From IMG/VR virus record IMGVR_UViG_3300034418_007369, positions 16,292 to 80,291 of that record: a DNA stretch of 64,000 bases; one strand, written 5' to 3'. Below, in pieces: positions 38,222-46,489 of the stretch (position 1 is the first letter of the stretch; every line of letters starts with the position of its first letter). A model generated the notes under the pieces. It ran no database searches, had not been told where the DNA came from, and saw only the letters and a list, made by a program, of their open reading frames with translations. Both the position numbers and the translations under genes were made by a program. The DNA is from a virus.

Positions 38222-39079
38222 ATGAGATATTTAATACTGGGTAAAGACGATCTAAAGGGTATTCCGGGCAGCGATTCAGCGAAGGATGGGGATATTAATA
38301 GATACTGGGAGCTTGGATGGGAGTCTGTTGGCGGCAGGATTGATTTTATTTCTTTTTATAATCAAGGCTTTTGGGATCAAGACAACATGACAGCCGTGGC
38401 AATAGAAGACAGGATGTTTCTGTACACTAAAATGTGCAAAAATGTAATTTCTTATACAGAGTTTAAAAAATTAAATGTGTCAAGAGAACAAATAATTTTT
38501 GACATTCCCGCCAACCATATGAGCTGCTGTTTTACAAAAAAAAGTATTTTTTTAAAACCCGGAACGATTGAGTATTACAGAAAAAAAGAAGACCAAGAAT
38601 TAATTTTTAATGGATTCGATCTAGATGGAGCCATTGAACCAGAAGAACCCTTTGTTACAATGTGCATCAGGAGAAGGGGCTGGTGTCCAGATAGAAACAG
38701 TGATATATCATTTTTTCAGAGGCTTGTAGACGGCATAAAAGATCATTATCCAATATATGTAGTTGGCAAAGGTAATGAACAGTTTTGCGAAGAAAACGGA
38801 ATCAACTTTGTTGAAAAATTAAAAGATTATGTTTCATTAATTAAAAATAAAAATTGTGCAAGGTTGATAACACAGGCAACAGGATTAGTCGCCCTAGCTC
38901 TAACTTGCGCAGAGACAGATATAGAACTAATAGATCAGTCTAAATGTTCAAGACTAGATAGTTCAGACGCGATATTGGGAGGAAAATGTATACATTTTTT
39001 CAAAGGTGAAGTAACTCCGTATTTTTATGCAGACGATAAAACTTGTCAAGAAATAATATCAAAAACAATCAAAAAATAA
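38222..39079 (+). CDS. hypothetical protein in glycan cluster (possible GT-B-like)
   Basis: 285-aa ORF; weak pattern CIRRR...RN. Confidence 0.55.
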   Translation: MRYLILGKDDLKGIPGSDSAKDGDINRYWELGWESVGGRIDFISFYNQGFWDQDNMTAVAIEDRMFLYTKMCKNVISYTEFKKLNVSREQIIFDIPANHMSCCFTKKSIFLKPGTIEYYRKKEDQELIFNGFDLDGAIEPEEPFVTMCIRRRGWCPDRNSDISFFQRLVDGIKDHYPIYVVGKGNEQFCEENGINFVEKLKDYVSLIKNKNCARLITQATGLVALALTCAETDIELIDQSKCSRLDSSDAILGGKCIHFFKGEVTPYFYADDKTCQEIISKTIKK

Positions 39080-39094
39080 TAGATGGGAGAAGAT

Positions 39095-39403
39095 ATGGCA
39101 GATACGCTTGGCGGTCTTATTGATAAACTGATAACCGTAGACATGAAAATGTGGAACAACCAAGAGTTTCTTTATGAAGTTCGTAGAATTCCATTTGAAG
39201 AATTTAAAGAAAAGTATACTAGCGATGACACTAAACAACTAGCTCTTTTTTCTTCTCTCAAAAAATGTTGTGATCTTAACTTCCAAAGGAATGTGTTGAT
39301 AGATGAAATAGATGAAATGATCGCGTCGGTTTTAGAGGCTCTTTCCTCTGGGGAAAAAATAGATTATGAAAAATTCATCCAGAGAAAACACAAAACATAC
39401 TAA
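39095..39403 (+). CDS. hypothetical helical protein
   Basis: GGAG RBS; TLGGLIDKL...LNFQRNVLIDEID pattern. Confidence 0.65.
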   Translation: MADTLGGLIDKLITVDMKMWNNQEFLYEVRRIPFEEFKEKYTSDDTKQLALFSSLKKCCDLNFQRNVLIDEIDEMIASVLEALSSGEKIDYEKFIQRKHKTY

Positions 39404-39521
39404 AAAGATACAAGAAATAGCAGAACATATCAAATATAAATATGGACTGTCTGAGTGGAGCGCAAAAGTTTTAGTCAATGATATTGTAGAATTATATAAT
39501 AGATCAAAAAGTGAGGAATAA
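39366..39521 (+). CDS. small hypothetical protein (51 aa, absent from the ORF track)
   Basis: ATG 39366 opens MKNSSRENTKHTKKIQEIAEHIKYKYGLSEWSAKVLVNDIVELYNRSKSEE; its TAA abuts ATG 39522. Confidence 0.5.
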   Translation: MKNSSRENTKHTKKIQEIAEHIKYKYGLSEWSAKVLVNDIVELYNRSKSEE

Positions 39522-40091
39522 ATGTTTAACGATGGTTATTTTTCTGAAAATGATATAAAAGATAGATTTAAGTCTGTTGGTAAAAATGTTTTAATTTCTA
39601 AGAACTGCACAATTATAGGAACAGAAAACATAGAAATAGGTAATAATGTTAGAATTGATGACTACTGTTGTATTATGGTTGGTAGTGACGGGGCAAGTCT
39701 TAAAATTGGCTCATATGTTCACATCGCGGCAAATTGTTATCTGTCTGCGAAAAATGGAATTATAATGGAAGATTTCACTGGAATATCTCAAGGCGTTAAG
39801 ATATATAGTAATTCAGATGATTACTCTGGAGCATTTTTAACAAACCCAACCGTTCCGTCTGAGTTTACAAACGCTACCGGGAGAACCGTCACGTTGAAAA
39901 AACATGCGATAGTCGGTTCTGGGGCTGTTATCTTGCCGGGAGTCACCATACATGAAGGCACATCTGTAGGGGCTTTATCATTAGTAACTAAAGACTTAAA
40001 AGAATGGAGTATTTATTTTGGTATTCCAGCAAAGAGGTTGAAGAACAGATTAAAAAATCTTTTAGACTTAGAAAAAAAACTTGAGGAATAA
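39522..40091 (+). CDS. hexapeptide-repeat (left-handed beta-helix) sugar acetyltransferase
   Basis: IEIGNNVRIDD, IGSYVHI, VGSGAVILPGVTI, GIPAK. Confidence 0.9.
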   Translation: MFNDGYFSENDIKDRFKSVGKNVLISKNCTIIGTENIEIGNNVRIDDYCCIMVGSDGASLKIGSYVHIAANCYLSAKNGIIMEDFTGISQGVKIYSNSDDYSGAFLTNPTVPSEFTNATGRTVTLKKHAIVGSGAVILPGVTIHEGTSVGALSLVTKDLKEWSIYFGIPAKRLKNRLKNLLDLEKKLEE

Positions 40092-40092
40092 T

Positions 40093-40764
40093 ATGAAAAT
40101 ATCGTCTATAATAGAAGCTGCATACAAATTGCCGGATAAATTTTACGCTTTAGAGTGTGGAGCCTGTAGACCGGAGTATATTGAAACAGAAGACTGGAGA
40201 AGAAAGCATGAAGTCTGGCTACTTGAACCAAATTTAGAAGTATACAATCAATTAAAATCATTAGATTATAAAGTACTTAATCTTGCGCTTTCAGATAATA
40301 ATCAAAAACAAACTTTTTATATTTCAAAATCTGAAGGGTTTTGTTATTTAGAATCATCAAGCTTAAACGATAGTCAAAAAAATAATGAGCAAGAATTACT
40401 AAGTTATGAGGTGGAGTGCATAACATACAAAAATCTACAAAAAAAACTAGGTATAATATATGACATTCTTATACTAGACATAGAAGGTCAAGAAGATAGA
40501 GTATTAAAAAATTTACTAACAATAGAAAAAAAATACTTACCTAAAATTTTATGTGTTGAGTGTGGATATGAATGGGAAGATAGAAAAAAAATATGTAAAA
40601 AACTTGGCTACAATTTAGATTTCTATTACTATAACAATGCCTATTTTTCTTTATGTAATACTTTTACAAAAGACATAAACACGATTGAGACGTATAATAA
40701 ATCTTGGCCTAACTGGGACTATAGCGGGAAAAGAATTTATGACAACGAAAATACCAATATATAA
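40093..40764 (+). CDS. FkbM-family methyltransferase
   Basis: LECGA, LLEPN, LNLALSD, LILDIEGQE. Confidence 0.8.
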   Translation: MKISSIIEAAYKLPDKFYALECGACRPEYIETEDWRRKHEVWLLEPNLEVYNQLKSLDYKVLNLALSDNNQKQTFYISKSEGFCYLESSSLNDSQKNNEQELLSYEVECITYKNLQKKLGIIYDILILDIEGQEDRVLKNLLTIEKKYLPKILCVECGYEWEDRKKICKKLGYNLDFYYYNNAYFSLCNTFTKDINTIETYNKSWPNWDYSGKRIYDNENTNI

Positions 40765-41812
40765 ACCCTACTTACCCAGCAAGTCTATAGAGTACGCAAA
40801 AGACGCAATAGACAGTGGCTGGGTGTCTTCTATTGGAGAATATGTAGAAAAAGCCACAGAGGAACTCAAGAAGCGCACAGGATCTAAATATGCAGTATTA
40901 GTGAATAATGGAACATCTGCTACTCACTTATGCGCTAGAGTTCTTAAAAGATGGCATCCTGAAACCAAAAGAGTGTTCTTGCCAAGCGCCTGCTATGTAG
41001 CGGCGTACAATTCGCTGCTATACGATGATAATGAATGGGTACTACAGCCCGTGGATCTAGACACAGAAACTTGGAATATGCGTATTCCAGAATACGAAGA
41101 GGGTGACGCTATCATGGCTGTCCACAACCTCGGCAATATCATGCCGCTTAACAGTATTGAATGTCCAGTCATAGAGGACTCCTGCGAAACTTTATTTGGA
41201 AAAACCAAACAGAAACAATCGCTATGCGCCTCTCTTTCTTTTTTTGGCAACAAAAACATGACGAGCGGCGAAGGTGGAGCCGTGCTGACGGACGATGAAG
41301 ATATTTTTAAATTCTTGACAAAGTTAAAAGGTCAAGGACAAACATCTAGAAGATATATTCATGATGAACTCGGCTACAATTATAGGATGACCAATATTCA
41401 AGCCGCACTACTACTGGGCCAGCTAGAAGAGTGGGATAATATATATGGCGGAAAACGAGTATTGTTTCTGAAATATAACGAAGCGTTTAAAGACCATCCA
41501 AATATAATTCCACAGAAAGTGGTTTGCGATCACTCTAAATGGATGTATGGGGTCAGAATTCTTGGGTCTAAATCTTACGAAGATAACAAACGTATTTTTG
41601 ACGCCCATAATATAGAGACTAGACCAATGTTTTATTCTTTTAAACATCACAAACATTTAGACTTCTTGCACAATATGGCAGGAAGAACCCATGCAAACGC
41701 AACAAGGCTACATAACGAGATAGTAATTCTTCCATCATATCCAGAACTAACCAATGAAGAAGTAAGTCATATAACAGAAACAACATTAAGTATAGCGAGG
41801 CGAAATAAATGA
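40739..41812 (+). CDS. DegT/DnrJ/EryC1/StrS PLP aminotransferase (perosamine-synthase-like)
   Basis: SGWVSSIG, NNGTSA, IEDSCE, SFFGNKNMTSGEGG, GYNYRMTNIQAA, ETRPMF, LPS. Confidence 0.9.
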   Translation: MTTKIPIYKPYLPSKSIEYAKDAIDSGWVSSIGEYVEKATEELKKRTGSKYAVLVNNGTSATHLCARVLKRWHPETKRVFLPSACYVAAYNSLLYDDNEWVLQPVDLDTETWNMRIPEYEEGDAIMAVHNLGNIMPLNSIECPVIEDSCETLFGKTKQKQSLCASLSFFGNKNMTSGEGGAVLTDDEDIFKFLTKLKGQGQTSRRYIHDELGYNYRMTNIQAALLLGQLEEWDNIYGGKRVLFLKYNEAFKDHPNIIPQKVVCDHSKWMYGVRILGSKSYEDNKRIFDAHNIETRPMFYSFKHHKHLDFLHNMAGRTHANATRLHNEIVILPSYPELTNEEVSHITETTLSIARRNK

Positions 41813-42714
41813 TATACTTAGTCACGGGAGGCAGGGGTTTTATAGGGAGCCATTTTGTAGAAAAGGTTCTTGCCGATAATCACGAAGTTATTGATATAGA
41901 TAAAATGACCTATGCGGCCAGTAATAGTCTCCCTTGGGACAATAATCCTAATTATAAACATATAAAAAAAGACATATGCGAACTTAAACATCTACCATGC
42001 TGTGATATAATTGTAAATTTTGCAGCAGAATCGCACGTAGATAACTCAATTGAATCTCCGGGCGTCTTTCTGAAATCTAATACAGAGGGCGTTTTTAACT
42101 TATTAAACCTAATCAAAAACAAAACATATGAAAAACCAACCCTTGTCCATATCAGCACAGATGAGGTCTATGGCGAGGTCGCCCTAGATGAAGAAGAAAA
42201 AACAGAAGAAAGCATATTGAATCCGGGCAATCCCTACTCAGCAAGCAAAGCCGCTGCGGAAATGTTTATTTTTTCTTATGCCAAAACTCATGATATAAAC
42301 TATCATATAGTTAGAAGCGCAAACAACTATGGACCAAGACAGTTTCCAGAGAAGCTAATACCAAAAATTATAAAGCACCTAAAGACAAATAAAAAAATAC
42401 CAATACAGGGAGACGGCAGCAACATTAGAGACTGGCTGTATGTCGAAGATAACGCAGAAGCAATCTACAAAATAACTCAATACAATGGCAAAAACGAGAT
42501 ATGGAATGTATCTGCCTATAACTATCTTAAAAATACCGATGTCGTTAAAACAATATGTATGTGGATGGGCATTGAAAATTACGAGCAGCATATCGAATAT
42601 GTTGAAAACAGATTGGGACACGACTATAGATATTCCATATGCTCAGAAAAGATTAGACAAAAACTGAAATGGAAACCAGAACACGACTCTCTAACAAATT
42701 TTTTAGAGACCTAG
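41809..42714 (+). CDS. rmlB: dTDP-glucose 4,6-dehydratase
   Basis: TGGRGFIGS, DKMTYA, FAAESHVDNS, STDEVYG, PYSASKA, NNYGPRQFPEKLIP, GHDYRY. Confidence 0.95.
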   Translation: MIYLVTGGRGFIGSHFVEKVLADNHEVIDIDKMTYAASNSLPWDNNPNYKHIKKDICELKHLPCCDIIVNFAAESHVDNSIESPGVFLKSNTEGVFNLLNLIKNKTYEKPTLVHISTDEVYGEVALDEEEKTEESILNPGNPYSASKAAAEMFIFSYAKTHDINYHIVRSANNYGPRQFPEKLIPKIIKHLKTNKKIPIQGDGSNIRDWLYVEDNAEAIYKITQYNGKNEIWNVSAYNYLKNTDVVKTICMWMGIENYEQHIEYVENRLGHDYRYSICSEKIRQKLKWKPEHDSLTNFLET

Positions 42715-42741
42715 ACGAATAACAAAGAAAGGAAATACTAA

Positions 42742-43212
42742 ATGAAAATAGCGGCACTAACCGATAATTTAGCACCATCGCAAAAGTCTTTTTATTTAAT
42801 AAAAGAGTTCAACAAATTATCACAAAAAAGCAAAAACTCTTGCTGTGTTTTTACTAATATCTCTGGGTCTGCTGTTACTAAGCCGCTTTTTGCCTGCTAT
42901 AGCTCGGCGTTTTTGTCCGAATACAACGGGGCCGTAATTGCCACGTCTATAGCCGAAGCAAAAACCCTATTAGAAACGAGCAGTAGCGCTAAAAAATATT
43001 TATACCTATGGGAAACTGAATGGACAATGGCGCCAATCAATCACGACGCAGCGTGTAAAATAATGCGTAATCCAAGACTAGAAATAGTAGCCAGAAGCGA
43101 AAGCCACGCAAAAGCAATAGAAAATTTCTGTAACAGAAAACCCATTGAGATAGTTGATGACTGGAATAGCCATCAATTATTAAAACTTATCGGAGGACAA
43201 AATGAAAATTGA
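42742..43212 (+). CDS. hypothetical protein (resembles an isolated GT-B N-terminal half)
   Basis: AGGA RBS; IATS...KYLYLWE...IVARSESH pattern. Confidence 0.5.
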   Translation: MKIAALTDNLAPSQKSFYLIKEFNKLSQKSKNSCCVFTNISGSAVTKPLFACYSSAFLSEYNGAVIATSIAEAKTLLETSSSAKKYLYLWETEWTMAPINHDAACKIMRNPRLEIVARSESHAKAIENFCNRKPIEIVDDWNSHQLLKLIGGQNEN

Positions 43213-43972
43213 TGAAGAGTTTGTAATAAGCAGATATAGTGAAAATGAAAGCACGTACTCTATTGCTAAAGAACTTGGAACTTATCCTAAAAAGATAGAG
43301 CGTATTCTCAAGAAGAATAATATTCAGCTTAGAAGCAAGTCTGAGTCTCAAAAACTGGCTCTAAAAGCTGGAAGGTGCGAGCATCCAACAAAAGGAAAGA
43401 AAAGAACAAAAGAAGAAAAAGTTAATATTAGTGAGGGCGTATATAATAATTGGCAAACCAAAACCAAGGAGGAAAGAAAAGAAATATCCAGAAAAGCCAG
43501 ACAGCGCTGGGACGAAATTCCCGCAGACAAAAAGCGCGACATGATGGAGGCCGCTGGCAGGGCGCTTCATAAAACTTGTAGTGAAGGCTCTAAGGCAGAG
43601 AGATATCTCTACAGGCAAATGAAAGAAGAAGGTCGCGAAGTTGTCATGCATAAAAAGAATCTTATCAGTGGAAACTTTGAAATAGATTTGTTTTTACCAG
43701 ACATTAAGACTATAATAGAGATAGATGGACCACAACACTTTTTACCATTATTTGGTCAAGATAAATTAAAAGAAGTAATCAAGCTAGATTCTATCAAGAA
43801 TGGATTGCTTTTAGCTGAAGGATATTGTATAATTAGAGTAAAGTATATGCTGAAGGGATTGTCCCAAAAATCAGCTAGGACATTGTGGGAGCTTGTTTCT
43901 GAACAGCTATATAAAATTGACAAGAAATTTCCTCCCAAGGACAGACGTTTCATTGAATTGGAGATAAAGTAA
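43202..43972 (+). CDS. Vsr/DUF559-type endonuclease with N-terminal HTH and basic helical repeats (possible free-standing homing endonuclease)
   Basis: STYSIAKELGT HTH; KGKKRTKEEKVNIS (NUMOD3-like); SKAE, EIDLFLP, IEIDGPQHF, GYCIIRV. Confidence 0.7.
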   Translation: MKIDEEFVISRYSENESTYSIAKELGTYPKKIERILKKNNIQLRSKSESQKLALKAGRCEHPTKGKKRTKEEKVNISEGVYNNWQTKTKEERKEISRKARQRWDEIPADKKRDMMEAAGRALHKTCSEGSKAERYLYRQMKEEGREVVMHKKNLISGNFEIDLFLPDIKTIIEIDGPQHFLPLFGQDKLKEVIKLDSIKNGLLLAEGYCIIRVKYMLKGLSQKSARTLWELVSEQLYKIDKKFPPKDRRFIELEIK

Positions 43973-44730
43973 TGAATTCTAGTACAGATTTGTTTGATAG
44001 AGAAGACATGATTGAGAATGTAATTGAAGTCGTACAAGAGGATAGGCCACCATATGGTTCTAAAGAATGGAACGACTTTGTTATGGAAAAGTTTGAACCT
44101 CACGAATTGATTGATGGAAATCCATTGGTTCATGGGCTACGAAGAATTGCAGAAGATTTGCTTGGAGATATTGTTGTTAGCAGGCCAACTCATGTGCTGG
44201 CTTCTGACGACCCTCATGGCCCCGGTAGGGCTACGATTGGTTTCGAGGTTGTGTTTGACTGGATGAACTCTGGTCAGCTTAGGACATACGGCGATGTTGC
44301 AGATGTGTGGCATGGCAATACAGACGATCTATTTTGCGCTCATCCCGCCGCTACAGCGGCTACGAAAGCTGAGTCAAGATGCCTAAGAAAAGCCCTTAAA
44401 ATACGCTGTGTGGCTGCTGAAGAGATCGCTAGAAACAAAGATGTGGCGGCTATCGTGCGTCAGTCTATCAAGGTTCAACCGAGCGATGGAGACTGGACAG
44501 AAGAAGATCCAATCACCACTCCACAGTTGAATTTTATTGATGGAAAATGTAAACAACTGAATGTAGACGTTTTGGCTTTTATTAATCAAGGAGAAAAGAC
44601 ATATAAAAATATTACAGAAGTAACAAAGATGACAGCATCTAAAATGTTGAAGCTGTTAAATGAGTATCAGAATGGTTCTAAAGAAATGCCCGAAGAAGTT
44701 AAGGGCTACAAAAGTAATTGGAGAGAATAA
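43972..44730 (+). CDS. putative single-strand annealing protein (Rad52/Sak-like)
   Basis: HGLRRIA, ATAATKAESRCLRKAL..AEE core; C-terminal ITTPQLNFI...ASKML domain. Confidence 0.55.
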   Translation: MNSSTDLFDREDMIENVIEVVQEDRPPYGSKEWNDFVMEKFEPHELIDGNPLVHGLRRIAEDLLGDIVVSRPTHVLASDDPHGPGRATIGFEVVFDWMNSGQLRTYGDVADVWHGNTDDLFCAHPAATAATKAESRCLRKALKIRCVAAEEIARNKDVAAIVRQSIKVQPSDGDWTEEDPITTPQLNFIDGKCKQLNVDVLAFINQGEKTYKNITEVTKMTASKMLKLLNEYQNGSKEMPEEVKGYKSNWRE

Positions 44731-45059
44731 TGAAGCTAAATTATAAACTTGGAAATCTTACTGTTGAATTTGAGTGCGATACTGTTAAAGAAGTTTTTAA
44801 TCAGTTGTCTACTTTTCAAGAGGTTTTCGGAGAAACGGAATGTGGAAAATGTGGATCTGAGAATCTAAGATTTGTTGTCCGCGAAAACGATGGCAACGAA
44901 TACTATGAGATCAGATGCAACGACTGTGGTGCAAGACTGTCATTCGGCGCGATGAAAAAGGGTGGAGGACTATTCCCGAAACGCAAAGACGGAGACGGAA
45001 ATTGGCTACCAGACAAGGGGTGGCAAAAGTGGAATAATCAAACTAAAAAATTGGAATAA
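44730..45059 (+). CDS. zinc-ribbon protein
   Basis: CGKCGS...CNDCGA; TAATG coupling. Confidence 0.7.
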   Translation: MKLNYKLGNLTVEFECDTVKEVFNQLSTFQEVFGETECGKCGSENLRFVVRENDGNEYYEIRCNDCGARLSFGAMKKGGGLFPKRKDGDGNWLPDKGWQKWNNQTKKLE

Positions 45060-45060
45060 A

Positions 45061-45927
45061 ATGAATATAATAATTTTTGGAGGCTCTGGCTACGTTGGAG
45101 CCTCCTTTTTAAAAAAACTTAAAACCGCTAATCATAACATAGATTCTGTATCAAGAAAAGACTGCGATCTTCTTTATGAAGAAAGCGTTTATAATTATTT
45201 GAAAATTAAAAAGCCAGATTATGTTATAAACTGCGCTGGATATACTGGCAAGCCAAATGTAGATGCCTGCGAAAACAATAAATCAGATTGTATAGCTGGT
45301 AATATAACCATACCAAGCATACTAGCAAGATGCTGCAAAAACCTTGGAATAACATGGGGGCATGTGTCATCTGGATGTATATATACGGGAAGAAACAAAG
45401 ATGGAAATGGTTTTACAGAACTAGATTTGCCAAACTTTTCTTTTAGGCAAAATAATTGCAGCTTTTATTCTGGAACCAAGGCTCTTTCCGAAGAGATTAT
45501 TTTAGATTATAATAATTGTCATATTTGGAGGTTAAGAGTCCCATTTTCAAATATCTCTGGAAACAGAAATTATATATCTAAAGTTATGAACTATAGCAAA
45601 CTTTTAGACGTAGAAAATAGCATCTCAAACATTGAAGAATTTGCTCAATGCGCCATAGACTGCATGGAAAAGTCATTACCGCTAGGTATTTATAATCTTA
45701 CAAATCCGGGATCTATAACAACAAAAAGGATCACCGAATTACTGAAAGAATACAATATCTGCAATAAAGAATTTGAATTCTTTGAATCTGAGGACGAATT
45801 CATGACAAATGCAGCCATCGCGCCAAGATCAAGCTGCGTGTTAGATAGCTCTAAAGCCATATCGCTTGGCCTAGAGTTGCTTCCGGCAGAAGAATCAGTT
45901 ATCAAGTGTTTAAAAAATTGGACATGA
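45061..45927 (+). CDS. rmlD: RmlD-superfamily NDP-4-keto-6-deoxyglucose reductase (NRS/ER-like epimerase-reductase)
   Basis: GGSGYVG, INCAGYTGKPNVDACE, SSGCIY, PNF...SFYSGTK, LRVP, RSSCVLD. Confidence 0.82.
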   Translation: MNIIIFGGSGYVGASFLKKLKTANHNIDSVSRKDCDLLYEESVYNYLKIKKPDYVINCAGYTGKPNVDACENNKSDCIAGNITIPSILARCCKNLGITWGHVSSGCIYTGRNKDGNGFTELDLPNFSFRQNNCSFYSGTKALSEEIILDYNNCHIWRLRVPFSNISGNRNYISKVMNYSKLLDVENSISNIEEFAQCAIDCMEKSLPLGIYNLTNPGSITTKRITELLKEYNICNKEFEFFESEDEFMTNAAIAPRSSCVLDSSKAISLGLELLPAEESVIKCLKNWT

Positions 45928-45928
45928 T

Positions 45929-46489
45929 TTATTTTCTTACACACAGTAGAATATCATCAAATCTTCCTTTGACATGTCTTAGGTCTCTAATTTCCGGCAG
46001 ATGTGTCCCTCCAAGCTCTTTATACTTTAAAATAAGCCTGTTTGCGTTTTCTATGCTGCCTATATCTTCAATTATCAGAAGCCCATTGGGTTTTAATTTT
46101 TTGAAATATAACTCTAGGCAGGAAAATTGGGAATGTAAATTGTGAGGGCCATCATCTATGACAATATCAAAATCAGGTAGACGGCAAGAAACATCAAGGT
46201 CATATGCGTTTTCCTTCAAAAGAAAAACCCTATTTTTAAGAGGGCCGTTTTCTATAGTTTCCCACAAGATCTTAGGAATATTCAAGTCTATGCCATATAT
46301 TCTAGAGTTTGGAAAAACCTCAGACCATAACATTATCGAGTCCCCTTGTTCTACACCTATCTCTAATATGTCTAAATTTTTATTTCTATGACCAAGAAAC
46401 TTTTCTTCGTAAAAACAATCTATGTATGAATGACTGGTGTTCTTGTCGGTATTTTTATAATTAATAATTAATTCTTTTATTGTTTTCAT
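45929..46489 (-). CDS. class I SAM-dependent (sugar O-) methyltransferase
   Basis: TDKNTSHSY, LEIGVEQG, IYGID, IVIDDGPH, GLLIIED. Confidence 0.85.
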   Translation of the reverse strand: MKTIKELIINYKNTDKNTSHSYIDCFYEEKFLGHRNKNLDILEIGVEQGDSIMLWSEVFPNSRIYGIDLNIPKILWETIENGPLKNRVFLLKENAYDLDVSCRLPDFDIVIDDGPHNLHSQFSCLELYFKKLKPNGLLIIEDIGSIENANRLILKYKELGGTHLPEIRDLRHVKGRFDDILLCVRK

